A stretch of DNA of 63,507 nucleotides, counting the filler, from Hausera hauseri (lineage: Eukaryota), in assembly GCA_046269625.1 (NCBI GenBank). It is 11 parts of 11 records of this genome, joined end to end, with 100 filler letters (N's around TTAATTAATTAA, not from the genome) between each part and the next. Parts side by side here need not be neighbours in the genome. Positions count along the whole stretch, not along the records: positions 10,592 to 16,872 come from JBJURY010117542.1; positions 16,973 to 21,012 come from JBJURY010801533.1; positions 21,113 to 25,514 come from JBJURY010599443.1; 8 more parts are not named here. One strand, written 5' to 3'. Positions 11,300 to 25,614 of this stretch are shown piece by piece. The translations under genes and the position numbers were made by a program. The first letter of the stretch is position 1; every line of letters starts with the position of its first letter. The notes below the pieces were generated by a model. The model was given only the letters and a program-made list of their open reading frames with translations. It was not told where the DNA came from and did not search any database.

Positions 11300-14077
11300 G
11301 CCGCAAATGTCATTGATGCAACTGGTCAAACAACCACCATGGAGTTCCTCGAGTACACAGATGAGAAACAGAGGGAATTCTCCAGAACAACATAGCGGAG
11401 CTCAAAGCCATTAAGGCTAATATGAAACTCGAGGCAACATACATCAATGTTGAAGGCGAAGAGTCCAAAAGGGCCTTCAAGACCAGAAATAGGCCAATTT
11501 TTGAAGCCACCAATATAGTAGAATGGCTGCATGAAGAGCATGCAAAGCTGATCCTTGCAGCTGATGAGAGCCAGAGTAAGAAGAGCAGATAGACTCTGGC
11601 AACCATCAAGAGATTGCCTGTGTATGTTCACAAGTACTCTCCAATGCGGGGCAGTTCATATATACAGCTTCCGGAATGGATTGCTAATAAAAGAGCATAT
11701 GTCAATGTCCATAATAATGACAACATGTGTTTCATGTATGCCATTTTATGTAAACTCGTACAGGATCAAAAACATTCAGCAGATTGAATTTGGCTATATA
11801 ATGATCTGAAGCACAACTATGACTTCCAATGTACCACATTCCCTCCATCCTTAGATGAAATTAAGAAGTTCAGCCGAATCAACAACATATCCATCAACAT
11901 CATTGGATTGGATGAGGAGGACAAATTTTATCCCCTGCAGATATATGATACTGAATTGGAAGATCATAGGGATCTGCTCCTACTAGACGATGGAGAAAAG
12001 AAACATTATGTTTGGATCAAGAATTTTGAGCGTCTAGTCAGATCCCAAATTACGAATCATCATGGACAAATAGAAATATGTAAACGATGCTTTTCCCATT
12101 TCAGTGGTGATACAGCAGTGGACAAGCTTGCAGAGCACAAAATGTGCTGCAACAACAATTACTGTGTAAGACCAGAATTTCCCAAGGAGGACTATATTGA
12201 ATTCCAGGAGTTCCAGAAGAAGCTCAAGGTCCCAGTAGTTATCTATTGCGACTTTGAAGCTATTCTCCGGCCAATTCACAGCTCCGCTCCCAGTCCTCAA
12301 CATAGCAGCACAACGGCATACCAATATCACTAACTCTCATCGTGTTGCATGTATGCCAAAGGATTGGACAGTGAACCATTTCTATTCAGAGGTCCAGGCG
12401 CAGCAGCGCATTTCATGAAGAGACTTGAAGATATGGCCCATAAGCTTGAAAACTTGCTTCAGCAGCATAAGGATAATATGGGAATGTCGTGGAAACATGC
12501 AGAAGAATGACACAAGGCAAAAACATATTACTTATACGATAAGTCCTTCACCAAGGAAAATTATAAAGTCAAAGATTATTGCCATTTTACAATCACATAT
12601 CGGGGCGCAGCTTGCAACAACTGCAATCTCAGTGGCTATGATTCCCACTTCATTGTTCGGGAACTGTGCAACATTGAAGGAAACATTGATGTCATTCCCA
12701 ATAGTAAGGAAAAATGCATCACTTTCACCAAGCATGTGGGCCTCATTAGACTTTGATTTATAGACAGCATCCGCTTCATGAGCTTGTCACTGGACAGTTT
12801 AGTGAAGAATTCCTCTGCAGAAGAACTCATGGAGACGAAGCGGTTCTTTCCCACTGCATTTAACCTCCTCAAGAGGAAAGGCGTGTTTCCATATGGCTAT
12901 ATAACTTCATGGGAAACACTGGCCGAGATCTTATTGCCGGACAAGAAGGACCTTTACAGTATCCTCTCTGATTGCGATATCAGTGATGCTGATTACCAGC
13001 ATGCCGAAAATGTTTGGCATGCATATCAATGCCGAACATTAGGGGAATACAGCGATATATACCTTAAGACGGACGTGCTGCTGCTGACGGATGCCTTTGA
13101 GAATTTTAGGGATGTTACGATGAAGAGCCATGCATAGGGTCCGGCTCATTTCTTTACGGCTCCAGGGATGAATTGGGCAGCTATGCTGCGCTATACAGGT
13201 ATTAGGCTGCAGATCATAAAGAATTAAGATATGATACTTATGGTTGAGAGAGGCATTAGAGGCGGAATATGCCAAGCCATTCACCGGTATAGTGAAGCCA
13301 ACAACACGTATATGGCCCAGTATGATGCATCCAAGGAATCCTCATATGTATCACACTTAGATGCCAACAACCTATATGGATGGGCAATGAGCGCCCCATT
13401 GCCATATGATGACTTCAAGTGGGTCGAGCATCCTGAAAACATTCCTGTACTGGACCGGAATCCAATCGAAGATACGGGATACATATTGGAGGTGGATATG
13501 GAATATCCGGCTTCTATCCACACAAGGCATCAAAAGCTGTCTTTTCTCCTTGAGAGCAAGCCTCCGCCTCATGGAAAGCATAGAAAGTTGCTCTGCCATC
13601 TGCATAGTAGGGAGAGGTATGTAGTCCACTACACAAATCTCCAGCAAGCAGTCAGCAATGGACTCTGCATCACTAAGATCTATCGGGCCCTGCAATTAAG
13701 CCAGTCACACTGGCTGCAGCCCTACATAGATCTTAATACAAGGCTGCGGACCAATACCAAGAACGATTTTGATATGGACCAATTTAAGCTGTACAACAAC
13801 AGCGTTTTTGGCAAGACCATGGAGGATATCCGCAACATTATCAACATATCCAGTAAGTCTGTGAGTGGAGGAGGGCAAAGAAGCTCATTGCCAAGCCAAA
13901 ATTCCACAGCAGCATCATATATGCTGAGAACTTGATCAGTATACATATGCTGAAAACATACTTGCAATTCAACAAGCCCATATATGTGGGTATCGCAATA
14001 CTGTACCTGTAAAAGACCCTGATGTACAAATTCCACTATAACATCATGGTCCCCACACTCAAGTCCATACAGCTGAT
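11300..14077 (+). pseudogene. Protein-primed family B DNA polymerase (DNA_pol_B_2), 3'-truncated
   Basis: RGSSYIQLP, KKHYVWIKNFERL, VIYCDFEA, RKGVFPY, YLKTDVLLL, RGIRGG, LDANNLYGWAM, KLYNNSVFGKTME. Confidence 0.92.
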
Positions 14078-14084
14078 GATACAA

Positions 14085-16050
14085 TAGCCACTGAGATTAT
14101 GGAACAGTACAGGCACATATGTACATGTTTTGCAACGTAGATTGAAGTTGTTGCAGGCTCCACCTCGATATGTGCCCGTAAAATGGCAATGATCCATAAC
14201 TTTATGATTATGCTTAGTGAAGGACTTGTCACACAAGTAACATGCTGTGGTCCTGCGACATTCTTCTTCCTGCATCTTCGACATGCTCATTGTATCCTTA
14301 TGCTGCTGTAGCATATTTCCAATCATATGAGCCGTGTCTTCAAGTCGCTTCATGAAGTGAGCTGCTGCGCCTGGACCACTGAATAGATATGGTTCACTGT
14401 CCAGTCCTTTTGCATACATACAGTATGATGAGAGTTCATGAAATTGGCATGCTGTTGTGTTGCTATGTTGGGTATTAGGGCTGCAGCTCTGAACTGGACG
14501 CCAAATAGCTTCAAAGTCGCAATAGATAACTATTGTGACCTTCATTTTCTTCTCGAACTCCTTAAATTCAATGTAGTCCTCCTTGGAAAATTCTGGCCTG
14601 ATACAACAATTATTGTTGCAGTACATCTTGTGCTCTGCACGCTTGTCCACTGCTGCATCACCACTGAAATGGGACGGGCGTCGCTTGCATATATATATAT
14701 ATATTCTTGTTGTGTGTTTTGTAATTTGAAATCTTACTAGCCGCTCAAAATTCTTGATCCAAACATAATGTTTCTTTTCTCCATCATATAGTAGGAACAG
14801 ATCCATATGAACTTCCAATTCAGTATCGCATATCTACAGCGGATAGAATTTGTCCTCCTCATCCCATCCCAAGATATTATGGACATGTTGACTTTCCCAA
14901 ATTTTTTGACTTCATCTATGGATGGAGGGAACTTGATGCATTGGAAGTCATAGTTGTGCTGCACATCCTTATATAGACAAACTCGGGAAGCATGATTTTG
15001 ATCCATTACGAGTTTTGATAGAATGGCATACATGAAAGACATGTTATCGTTATTATGGATATTGACACATGCTTTTTATTAACGATTCCATCACGGAGCT
15101 GAATATATGAACTGCCTTGATTGGGAGAGTACTTGTACACATACACAAGCAATCTCTTGATGGCTGAAAGAGTCCATCCGCTCTTCTTATCCTGGCTCTC
15201 CCCGGCTTCACGGATCAGCTTCTCGTGCGCCTCTTGCATCCATTCTGCTATATTGGTGTTTTCAAATATTGGCCTATTTTTGGGCTTGAAAGCCCTATTG
15301 GATTCTTCGCTATCAACATTGATATATGTGGCCTCCAGTTTCATGTTCACTTTAAGGACTTTGCGCTCCGCCACGTTGTCTTGAAGAATTCCCTCTGTTT
15401 CTTCCTTTGTGTATAAGAGGATGTCTTGGAGGGTTGTTTGACCAGTTGCATCAATAACATATCTGAGGCATTTTCTCTTTAATGCCGCCGCTGTCTTTGG
15501 CTTTTTGATAGAGCATCTGCTGCTGCTGCTGCTGCGTTTTAGTCCTGCATTGGGCCTTGCGGCCGAAGCAGGCTGTACAACTGGCTGTGCTGTCGAAGCA
15601 AGCTGCTGCTCATTAAGATGGCCTTCTTTGACTTTGACTTGAAGTCTGTTAAATGGGTAATATGATCTTCGTAAAACTGCATGTATTCTCCATCACATAC
15701 AGCCTCACATCCTGGGCAAATATAATAGAGGATCCTATTGAATTTGTATCAATAATAGCTCCTCGTGGTATTATGACAATTCTGAGGGTTGTGTGTTGAA
15801 TTGTAAAAGTCCTCATACTTGGTTTGACACACTACCTCACATGCAGGTAATATACAATACTCAGTCCTATTGCATAGATGGCTGAAGCATTTCTTCATAA
15901 TGTGGTGACAATTTTCAGGCTCATGGATTTGAGCCAAGCACTGTTTGTATAGATTGCACATCTAAAAATCAACCAATTATTTGAGGAGCACAAATAAAAT
16001 CTCATTATTCGTGGAAGTGATTTTGTAAATAATGAAACATGCAGCCATAT
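14085..16050 (-). pseudogene. Polinton-like PolB fragment B (N-terminal half with endonuclease VII-like zinc domain) plus upstream Cys/His ORF; inverted relative to A
   Basis: SGWTL, GSSYIQL, HYVWIKNFERL, VIYCDFEA, CYLCDKSF..VMDHCHFTGTYRGGACN..NL, VPVLFHNLSGY. Confidence 0.9.
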
Positions 16051-16772
16051 CAACGCATACTACCTCATTTATGGATTTTTAAAGTTTTGAATTTTCGATC
16101 ATTCTAGAACATCTTGTTTTAATGCATCAAATGAATTAAATGCACTTGGACTCCAAATTTAAGAGGGTTTCATACATGGGGAATCGATTGCAGTTGTTAG
16201 ATTCTTCGAATAATTCATGCTTGGCAGAGTTTTCGAGTTCGAATAGCTAAATATTCGACTCTTAAGCTCGAATTCGAATATCTGATGTCATATTCAAATT
16301 GGAAATACATGCCATTATCGATTTTATAAATTTTTATTTTATACCGGAAAGGCCTATGTATGTTCGTCCTCAGTTGGCATTTATTCGCAAACCATTCGAT
16401 CGATTTAAATTCTAATTGCACATTCACATAGTTCATCGTATATGCACTCTACTGCATCCGGTGCTGGGTGCTCATCATCAGTATTGAAATTATCAGAAAT
16501 TCGATATTATTGATTTGTGCACACGTGCACATGTTCAGTGCACCTGCACTGTGCACCAATCGATGTGTACTATAGTAGTTGGAAGGGAGGAGTTCTCCCC
16601 AAACCCCCCCAGGGAAGGAAGGAAGCCAACAGGAGGAGAACACGTCATCAAGGGAAAGGGAAACTGTCGAATGGGAAGAGGACACGTCATCGGGGGGAAG
16701 GAAGTAAGCCAATGGCAGTAGAGGACGAATCAGAGAGCGTTGGGGCCAAATGGGTTTCACTATTCCCACCCC

Positions 16773-16835
16773 GGAACAAAGTCCTACCCTGGAAGAAAGT
16801 CCTACCCTGGAACAAAGTCCTACCCTGGAACAAAG
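16773..16835. repeat. 18-bp tandem repeat (GGAACAAAGTCCTACCCT) x3.5
   Basis: Directly visible; one mismatch in unit 2. Confidence 0.95.
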
Positions 16836-16872
16836 CGGTATTCCCTTTAATGAGAAATAAAAATAAAAATTT

Positions 16873-16972
16873 NNNNNNNNNNNNNNNNNNNNNNNNNNNN
16901 NNNNNNNNNNNNNNNNTTAATTAATTAANNNNNNNNNNNNNNNNNNNNNNNNNNNNNNNNNNNNNNNNNNNN
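16873..16972. other. Assembly linker
   Basis: 100 bp N-TTAATTAATTAA-N. Confidence 0.97.
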
Positions 16973-18319
16973 ATTATCGATTTCAAATATTCAGTGGATA
17001 TTCTACGCAACAAATGATGTTCGTTTGGCACGCCGATTTCTAATGTGCGGTTGACGCATTCCTATTAGTTCTACTGCACATACAGTTTCAAATTTAAAAA
17101 CTTTGAAAGAGTTAGAAGGAAAAAGACAAAATTAGAAAACTTGTTGGATATTTGAAAGATGTGCTGTTGTAGGTCCACTTACAAATAGATGGTAAAGAAG
17201 AGTTTAAATGAGAAGAGTTGGTTGAAATTCTGAGGATAAACATTGAGCCAGATTTGAATTCAAAGACTCAAACTCCCAGTTGTATCTATAAAAATTCGGT
17301 TTCGTACTTCAATTACTTGCTCACTAAAAACTTTAAAGGACCTATCCTGGTCGAGTATTTTATAACAGTCTCAAGATTCAGAGACAGCCAATTAAAAGTG
17401 AAGTAACAACTTTAATTAAAAAAGCCATAACTTATGAGAACGTAGATAATAAATTAAACCAAGTCGAAGTACATCAGTGGGCCGCCATATAGAGATTTCT
17501 AAGGTATCGTGATATTTCCTAATGAGATCATGTTAAGTTTCAAAGGCGATTCTAACACCGACAGGATTTACATTTTGACAATAATAGGAACTTACTTCAA
17601 GGAGGTATTTACGATTCACGCAGAATAAATGGAATAAATAAACATCAGACATCTCAAGCATCTTTATAAAAACTACCCAATCTTCACAATATTTTCTCCA
17701 AGAGTACTAAAATGCATATAACCAACTGATTTTATTATTGATTATTGGTAACTATGCAACTATTAAAATTCAGATTTGTTTGTATTCAAGGTGTCTTTTA
17801 ACATGTATTTTAACATAGTTTTGAATTTAAGATTTTTATCAGAAATTGGGAATTTATACAATGTATACTTTTTGTCTCTAGTGAATATCGAATGTTTTCA
17901 GATTTTAAACTTAAATTGATAAACTAAAACAGCAATTGTTTTACAGTTTCTCACATTTTTAAATTTGAATATTTGCACATCAATGAATTACCGCGGTTAG
18001 ACTTTTGCCAGAATCTTTATATAAGCTTTATTTATTTTCTAACAAAATGGCCCTTGTAAGCTTCTTGACAGAATACTTCCATATGGTAATCAATCTAATT
18101 CCAATAATTATCAATTTTTAACATCTTTATCTGATAAATTTAATTAACTTACAAAAGGTTTGAAATTCTAGTGCGCAATGCTATTGCATTGAAATTTTCA
18201 AATTGTGTTATTTTGGCTTTGTTGGCTGAATTTTTGAATTTCGCCAAATGGAAAAATGAGAATACTCGTGCAAGAATGGAACTCATGTTTTTAGTTTGGT
18301 TTGCACAGGTGATATCATA

Positions 18320-19546
18320 TGAGGATGTTGCAAAAGTTTCCGGGCACTTCTAATATACATTTTACAAACACAAGAATTGACAAACAAATAAACATTAACT
18401 GTTAAAGTAAAATCCATCATTTTCTACTGTTTGGACCCATGTACTTGCCAACTGTTCGATTTTATGTCGATACCATTCCTTTGATTTTGAGGAGAAAAAC
18501 TTGTCGCATCCATTTTTCACCTCATCGACATTCTGGAACTGGCGTTCTGGTAGAAAGTAAGCCATCGACCGGAACAAGTAATAGTCAGGTGGCGCGAGGT
18601 CCGGACTGTATGGGGGGGTGAGGGAGGACTTCAATGACAGGTAAGCTCCTGGATATTTCTCTGAGTTGTCCTTGCTGTGTGCGCTGAGGCACTGTCATGC
18701 AGGGAAAGTGCCCGCTTCCGACTGATCAAGTCAGGGTAGCAAGTTCAAAAAACTTCATAAATCTGTTGCAGCTGTTCAAAGTAGAGATTAGAATTTATTG
18801 AATGACCTTCTGGAACCAGTTTTAAATGCAGTACTCCCTCAAAATTCCACCAGTCGCACAGCATAACCTTCTTTTCAAATCGCCCTCTTCGAACAACCGG
18901 GACTGCTGGTAGGGATTGCTTAAATTAATCCATTTTCCATCCAAAATCATTATTCGTTTCCAGAATCGGGCATCCTCAGAAATGGCAAGAAGCCATTGAC
19001 AGATGACATACGACGTTGAGCCTGTGCTTGAGTCAATTTATGTGGAATTTCTCGATAGCGTCTGTTGTGGAACCCAAGTTGCTGGAGATGGCGATCAATG
19101 GTGGAATAATGAGGGCGGCTGGCTAGTTTTTCACTGCTTGTAGCTGCGCCTCCTTGTTAACTGTGGATGAGCGTCCGGAGTGGGGTTTGTCTTCGACACT
19201 TGTGTCACATTCATTGAAGCGCTTGAGCCATTCTGCTGATGTAGTCTTGTTGACGATCCCTTAACCTTCCACTGTACACACTTCCTCGACTGCGACTCTG
19301 GTTCTGAGCCCTTTTTTCCAATAGTGACGCAAAAGAACTCGAATTGCAATTTTCCTATCACAAACGAATAAGCAACGGCTGCAGCAGCTTATATTAAAAA
19401 AATGGAAAATTCTAGAAATAAAAAATTCTAGAATTAAGGATGTAATCGATGTATTACACAAAAATATACAATTTTCTGGAAGACCATAGAATTTGTAAAA
19501 TGTATTTTTTATATAAAAGCTCCCGGAAAATTTTGCAACACCCTAA
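18320..19546 (-). mobile_element. Full-length but inactive mariner DNA transposon with 25-bp TIRs and TA TSD
   Basis: TIRs 18320-18344 and 19522-19546 (3 mismatches), each flanked by TA; transposase relics PPYSPDLAPPDYYLFRSM, W...VENDGFYF, KVMLC.WWNFEGVLH. Confidence 0.92.
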
Positions 19547-21012
19547 TATAAAATAAGAATTTAAAATACCCCAATTAAGTTTTTTAGAATGCCACCCCAA
19601 CTTTTCTATAGTATGAAAACCCAGAGTGTCAGGTATCATTCAATGTGCTTAGATGATATCAATCGATTTGAATTTATGAGTAAAGAATTAACTCAGTGAT
19701 TAAGTGAGATGCGGACGCGGACCATATCATGCGCAGCGAAATGGAATAGCAGAGAGCATGATGCAGAGTCAAAACAGGTATGGAGGCATGGCAACTAAAT
19801 TTTGATTAATTTGATGGATATCGAGATGAGCGCCGTATCAATTATTGAAGTCTTCCGCAGTCACCTGCAGCAGAAATATTAGAGGCGATGTTGTAGATAT
19901 TATTGGAGAGAAAAGTATGCATACTTACCGTCTCAACCCATGAAGATCAAATAAAGCACTTCTTGATAATGAAATCATCAACAACATAACAGAATAAAGA
20001 TACTACCAACTCAGTCAACAATAGAGTATTCTAATAAGGAAGAGAATATTGGATATGACGAAGATAGGTGAAGTTAAGGAAACACGAACGATTATAAAAA
20101 ACTTATATGGCCTGCGACTCTGACTAACGATGGAGAATTGAAATAAAATTAATTATAATATGCCAATCCTAAATTCAATTTTAATAAAATACCCAGAGAC
20201 AATACAACTCTAAAATATCCACGTTTCAATAAACAATTTTGGTTTAACACACACACACATATACACACATACACACCTATTTTGAACTAAAACTTTCTAC
20301 CGTCTATTGGGATATTTAATTGTAATTCTACGTTTACTAAACATGAATTGAATTATATTGTTCATCTCACATTATCTATCATAATTACTGTCACATCAGT
20401 CACAGTCACTTACAAACAACGTTTCGCTAGGAATAAAAAAAAGTAAATTTCGATTAGATCAATTTTCACTCGAAACTAGTTGAAATTATTCATTCTATTT
20501 TTAATTTGTTTCTTGAAGAAAACCGTATTAAAAAAATAATAATAAATTGTTCAACAATGCGCTCTTCATACATCTCCATTGATTAATTATTTGTTCAACG
20601 GCCACACTTGGTGTAACAAATTTTTTGAGGCTATCCTTCACTTTCTTTTTATTCATACGTATTTAGTGCTTAAATTATAATGCATACTTGTGTACTTATT
20701 CAGCAATTACAAAAGGTTTCAAAGCACACGAACACGACTGAGTAATAATAGGGGAAGGAAAACTGTTAGGGAAATTTCTACAACAATTCATTGAGATATT
20801 TTGTTATTCGATACACATGGATACAGTTTTAGTGTATGTATGTTGTATTTATTTTAGGATATAATGTCGAATGTTTGACTTCGAAATCGCATTATCCCAA
20901 CGGTCTATAATTATTGATGTAATATTTCAGCATTATTATTTTGGGATACACAGCAATAAAAGCTGAAACAGATTTAATTTAAAAAAAAGAATTTAAAAAA
21001 AATCTAAAATCT

Positions 21013-21112
21013 NNNNNNNNNNNNNNNNNNNNNNNNNNNNNNNNNNNNNNNNNNNNTTAATTAATTAANNNNNNNNNNNNNNNNNNNNNNNNNNNNNNNN
21101 NNNNNNNNNNNN
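21013..21112. other. Assembly linker
   Basis: 100 bp N-TTAATTAATTAA-N. Confidence 0.97.
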
Positions 21113-24100
21113 TTTTGATCCAAGAAAATAAAAATTCCGACGTTCGTGGAAAAACGCCGATGAATTGAAGAAAAGGAGAATTAGATGTCACGATGCAGAA
21201 ATATTACTGCGAAATTTAGAAAGGCTCAAGCAGTTTATCGAACAAGTAGATATATCCGGTAAAGAGCAACAATTCGCTGAGAGGTTATATAAAAGTTTAA
21301 AATTATATAATAAAGGGAAGCTCGATGAAGCAATCGACTTAGGACAACATGAAGAGGTACTACCTGAAACGTTGCTAAAATGGAAGCATGAATTAGAATC
21401 ATGGATTAAAAGTGGAGTGAAATTTTCGGAAGGATGGAGTAAAAACGAAGATGGTATTGATGTAAGAGTCGCTAAAGCTCAGTCTCTATTGTCTACCTTA
21501 GAAACAAATTCAAAACTGAAAAGAGTAGTCCGTAATCTAGAGCGTATGATGGTTGAAATTCATTGGTCAATGGTTAACCGGCTTAGAGAAAAACCGGTTA
21601 GCAATCAAAGTGATATTGATTTAGTGATATTGGGTATAGGCCAGTAGATATTCCTCACTTAATGGAGATGATAAAAATCGCCTTCGCCGTACCCAAACAA
21701 TATATGAACCTAGAGAATCGTATTAAAATGGAAAATGAAAAACGAGCACAAATTTGTAGTTTGAGAAATCGAATTATGTTTATGAATAACAAAGAAACCA
21801 AATAGGTAATAAAAGCTTGTATCAAAGAATTCGACGAATATAAGGATGAATTCAATTATGTCAGCCAGATAATAAGGTTTATAAAGGATCCAAATGACAA
21901 ATTAAAGGATGCATATAAGATGATAGACAACGCTATATTAGCAAAGTCAGTAATACCTAATCAACTACAGGAATGGTAGGCCGTAGAGTAAAAGACCGTA
22001 GGAAAGAATTTCCAGAAAGCGAGCCTTCTATCAAGAAACAATTAGAAGCAAGTGCACGTAACTTAAATATAATATAAGCGGAAATAGATATCCGTACTCA
22101 GTTCGAAGAATTAGGACAATTAAACTTTATAAAGAAGAGGCAAGAACTAACGATATTAGAAGAGATATACAAAATGATCGAAGAAACAAACTTTACAGAA
22201 AAGCGGAATATGATTTGTAATATTTATCCAAGATTAAGAAATATCCGACTAGTAGGAGTCCAGCATTTAACAGCTAAACCTACCGATGAAATCTCAATTC
22301 AGGATGTATAAACCTTAAATATTTGTCCAGAACATAGAACAGCTTTAAAAGACACGATGAGATTCATACATAAACCACACGAATGTATAGTCGGAACAGA
22401 TCAGAATTGCCATAACGAGTTGACAAAAATAAGAAACGACCACCATCTTAGTTCTGAAGAATCTAAATTCGTAAAAGAATTGCTCGATGCGATAGATTTC
22501 GACTCAAAAATCATTAATGAGATGTACTAGTTAGCCTTTCTCTTAGTAGAAATGGCAGAAATTAGTGATGAAAAGATGAGACAATTGATTACCAAATTAC
22601 AACAAGTAGAAGAAACATGCATTAGAACTAAACAAAGAGAACAAGGTTAAATGAATTAATAAAATAGATGGAAGTCTATCGGAACAAATATGTTTTTACC
22701 GAGTCAGAAATGAAAAATAAGCGTGAATTTGTACAAAGATGGAAAGAGATGTAATCGTCGAACTAACTGATTATCACCAAAAGGGATTTATCCATTCTGG
22801 TGAATTAGGCGAACTACTGAAAATGATTCAGTATTCATGTGGAAACGGAATAGGTATCTGAACCACACAGATAAAAGAAATACAACCAAGGTTAAAGGAA
22901 TTTCGAGAGAATGTACAAAGGAGGAATACAGCACTAGTAGACTATGGATTTCCAGACGTTGGAAATGAACCGGAATGGGATGCGTACTTAGGTGCAATAA
23001 CGGCCGAAAATCCTGTGACTCTAGTACAGCTAAATAAAATAGAAACATGTCCGCAGAACAGGCAATTCAATGTGGAGATGCTCCTGGATTCAGAGTTAAC
23101 TGAAAAAGATTTAATTGAACTAATTAACGTAAACATTACTGAAAGTAAGTTAAGACAACAACGATGAAAGTAATGGTATCATCCGAATGGATGAATGAAA
23201 AAGAATGTGAGTTAACTACGTATTCCTATGTAAGGGATGTAAGAGAATGGTTAATAAATAATGGTAGAACAAACGAATTAAACTATAGACTCTATTTTAA
23301 AGGTAGAATAGTAGACGATTAGAACAGCTAATATACGTCGGAATCATCCCCGACGAAACAAATGGAATAGTGGTGATAGTAGCCAATAAACGGACTCAAG
23401 AAAAAGCCACACGAAAGGCTAAGACAGCAAAATGCGTAGGGCAAATCATGGGAGTCCGAGACGCGGCAATGTATTTTGAATATTTACAAACGGATGAGGA
23501 CAAGGAACAATACGACAAGAATTTAGTACCACTAAGTGAAACGATAACCAATGTCCCAAGACAGAAACGCCCAGTCGGTAGACCTAAGAAGACACGAGAA
23601 GAAGCTGACTATAATGGAGAATTGATTAAAGAATTGAGATGGATGTCGATTCATACCTTCAGCACAGACGATAAAGAATTAAGCGAATTAATGAAGAATT
23701 TAATACGTATTGTAAATTATTCAAATCGTCGAGGTGACACATTAGATTACAAAGATAGGGCAATATTCAATGCAGCTAGGATGATGAGAAGTTCACGTTT
23801 TAAATGATCAAAAAGTAGTTTAACTGATGAATCAGTGATCGAAAAGATTATGGTAAAAAACACCACTGAAGAATTAATCAAAGTAATGTTGTACGTAGCT
23901 ATCAAAATAAACCCTAATTGAGACAATGAACTTACTAAAGCTACAAGCTTAGCATGAAGAGCGGCGATAAAGCTACCCTAAGAAGTAAATTGGTCGAGAC
24001 CATTCGATAAGGAAGAAGCCAGATGGTTCCTAAGTAGCAATAGACTCGAAGATATGCTACGTAATTTGACAACGACGGATAATAGTAGCTGGAAAAACGA

Positions 24101-25514
24101 ATCCAATTGGTTAATCAGCTTACTCACTCTGATGATGCTAATAAAGCATATAGATGATGTTACCATCTACGACTGCGATAAGTTTAAACTAGGACAGAAA
24201 TATTTCTTGATGGATTTAGAAGTATGCGAGGACGCCAGACCACATAAACTGGAAACAAGTGAGAAAAATTACTTCCTATATAAACAGCAAGAATTAATAT
24301 CGTTGGACGGAATGGAATGTATGTTGAAACGATCTCGTAGCATTTTTCACTGTGGATTAATGCACTGACATTCTTTAATAATCAAACCAACAACTCTTCC
24401 AATCCGAATGAATTTGGAACGCCAGCATTGTAAGCAGGCCAAGGAAACCGGAAGATTAAAATGGGATAGTATGGAACTAGAGATGCAATCAGGAAAGATA
24501 ATTAGGGCATATAAAATAGTGGTAGGAAGGCTAGACATGCATAATGGACATTGCAATGAAGCAGAATATGATATCGGAAAAGGATTAAAATCGAAAGTAG
24601 TGATCGTAGATTTTTATAAATTGGAGATGGGAGTACAGAAACTAATGTTCTATAGCGTGACCAAACTATATACCGAGAATCAAAAATGCGATTTCCAAGA
24701 CGGAACCTGTACATTCAGAAGTTCTGTTACAATATGGAAACCGCCCTCTGGAAAAAACTGTAACTTTATTAAAATTAAGGAATTAAAATTTAACGAAACT
24801 ACCGAAAAACGGTATGTAGATAAATCCGATAACAGCTCAAGAACACGCGAGGACGTATCAGAACACCCTACACCTACGATATTAATATCCGACCAGCATA
24901 TAATAAAATTTATTAAGAAAGAAATGATTCTCGATGCGCAGTGGTGATGGTCGCCATTTTTCGAAGCATTTTTTGTCGCAGAAATGGAAATAAATGCGAA
25001 AACGTATAAACTAAAAACGAAGGACATTCGGATTGAAGATTACTTGAAAAACCTAGACAATTATTTTTATTACAAAGGCCAAGTCGGAATAGCTGAACTA
25101 TACCACAAAATAATAACGAATGATTGTAAACTGGATATGGAAATCATGAGGACAAAGCTGGCTCTTATCTGTGCTAATTCCGAGTTAGCATCCCCAATAA
25201 TTCCTATGAGAGAAGAAATCTTTGGTCAAGTTACTGGTGAAGTACTGTTAACTTATGAGTGTGAAAAAAGAGGCGTACCAATCAACGTTGAAGAAAAACG
25301 CTGCATACAAGAACTTCCCGTTATTTACCAGAATACTCCAAGATTAGCCGTACCGCTTACTAGAGTGTTATTATACAATGCAACTGAACAACAATTCTTA
25401 AAGATTGTAAAGCAAGTTTAGGAGAACCCATGTTTAGGCGTAGTAAAACGGATTGGGTTAGTTTACCAAATGGAGGTATTACTGTCGCTTCCAACAAATT
25501 AACAGGAACAAATA
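21113..25514 (+). mobile_element. chu-Gypsy copy 2 (helical region X, Ubl, AT-hook-like motif, glycoprotein), decayed
   Basis: Homologous to copies 3 and 5 (DISGKEQQFAE, VRDAAMYFEYLQTD, KRPVGRPKK). Confidence 0.88.
24108..25514 (+). pseudogene. env: Chuvirus-like glycoprotein (partial)
   Basis: WLISLLTLMMLIK..VTIYDC, RSIFHCG, GRLDMHNGHC, LYHKIITNDC, GEVLLTYEC, CIQELPV. Confidence 0.8.
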
Positions 25515-25614
25515 NNNNNNNNNNNNNNNNNNNNNNNNNNNNNNNNNNNNNNNNNNNNTTAATTAATTAANNNNNNNNNNNNNNNNNNNNNNNNNNNNNN
25601 NNNNNNNNNNNNNN
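25515..25614. other. Assembly linker
   Basis: 100 bp N-TTAATTAATTAA-N. Confidence 0.97.

Larger units (their letters stand above)
10592..14077 (+). mobile_element. Polinton/Maverick-like element fragment A (Cys/His-rich ORF + protein-primed PolB), decayed
   Basis: See sub-features; homologous to 14085-16050 and 60389-63507. Confidence 0.8.

Noticed and set aside
16773-16835. CRISPR-like array
   Set aside because: Head-to-tail repeats without spacers, in a eukaryotic context
16973-17750. Possible LINE relic
   Set aside because: Too degenerate; no convincing RT or endonuclease motif
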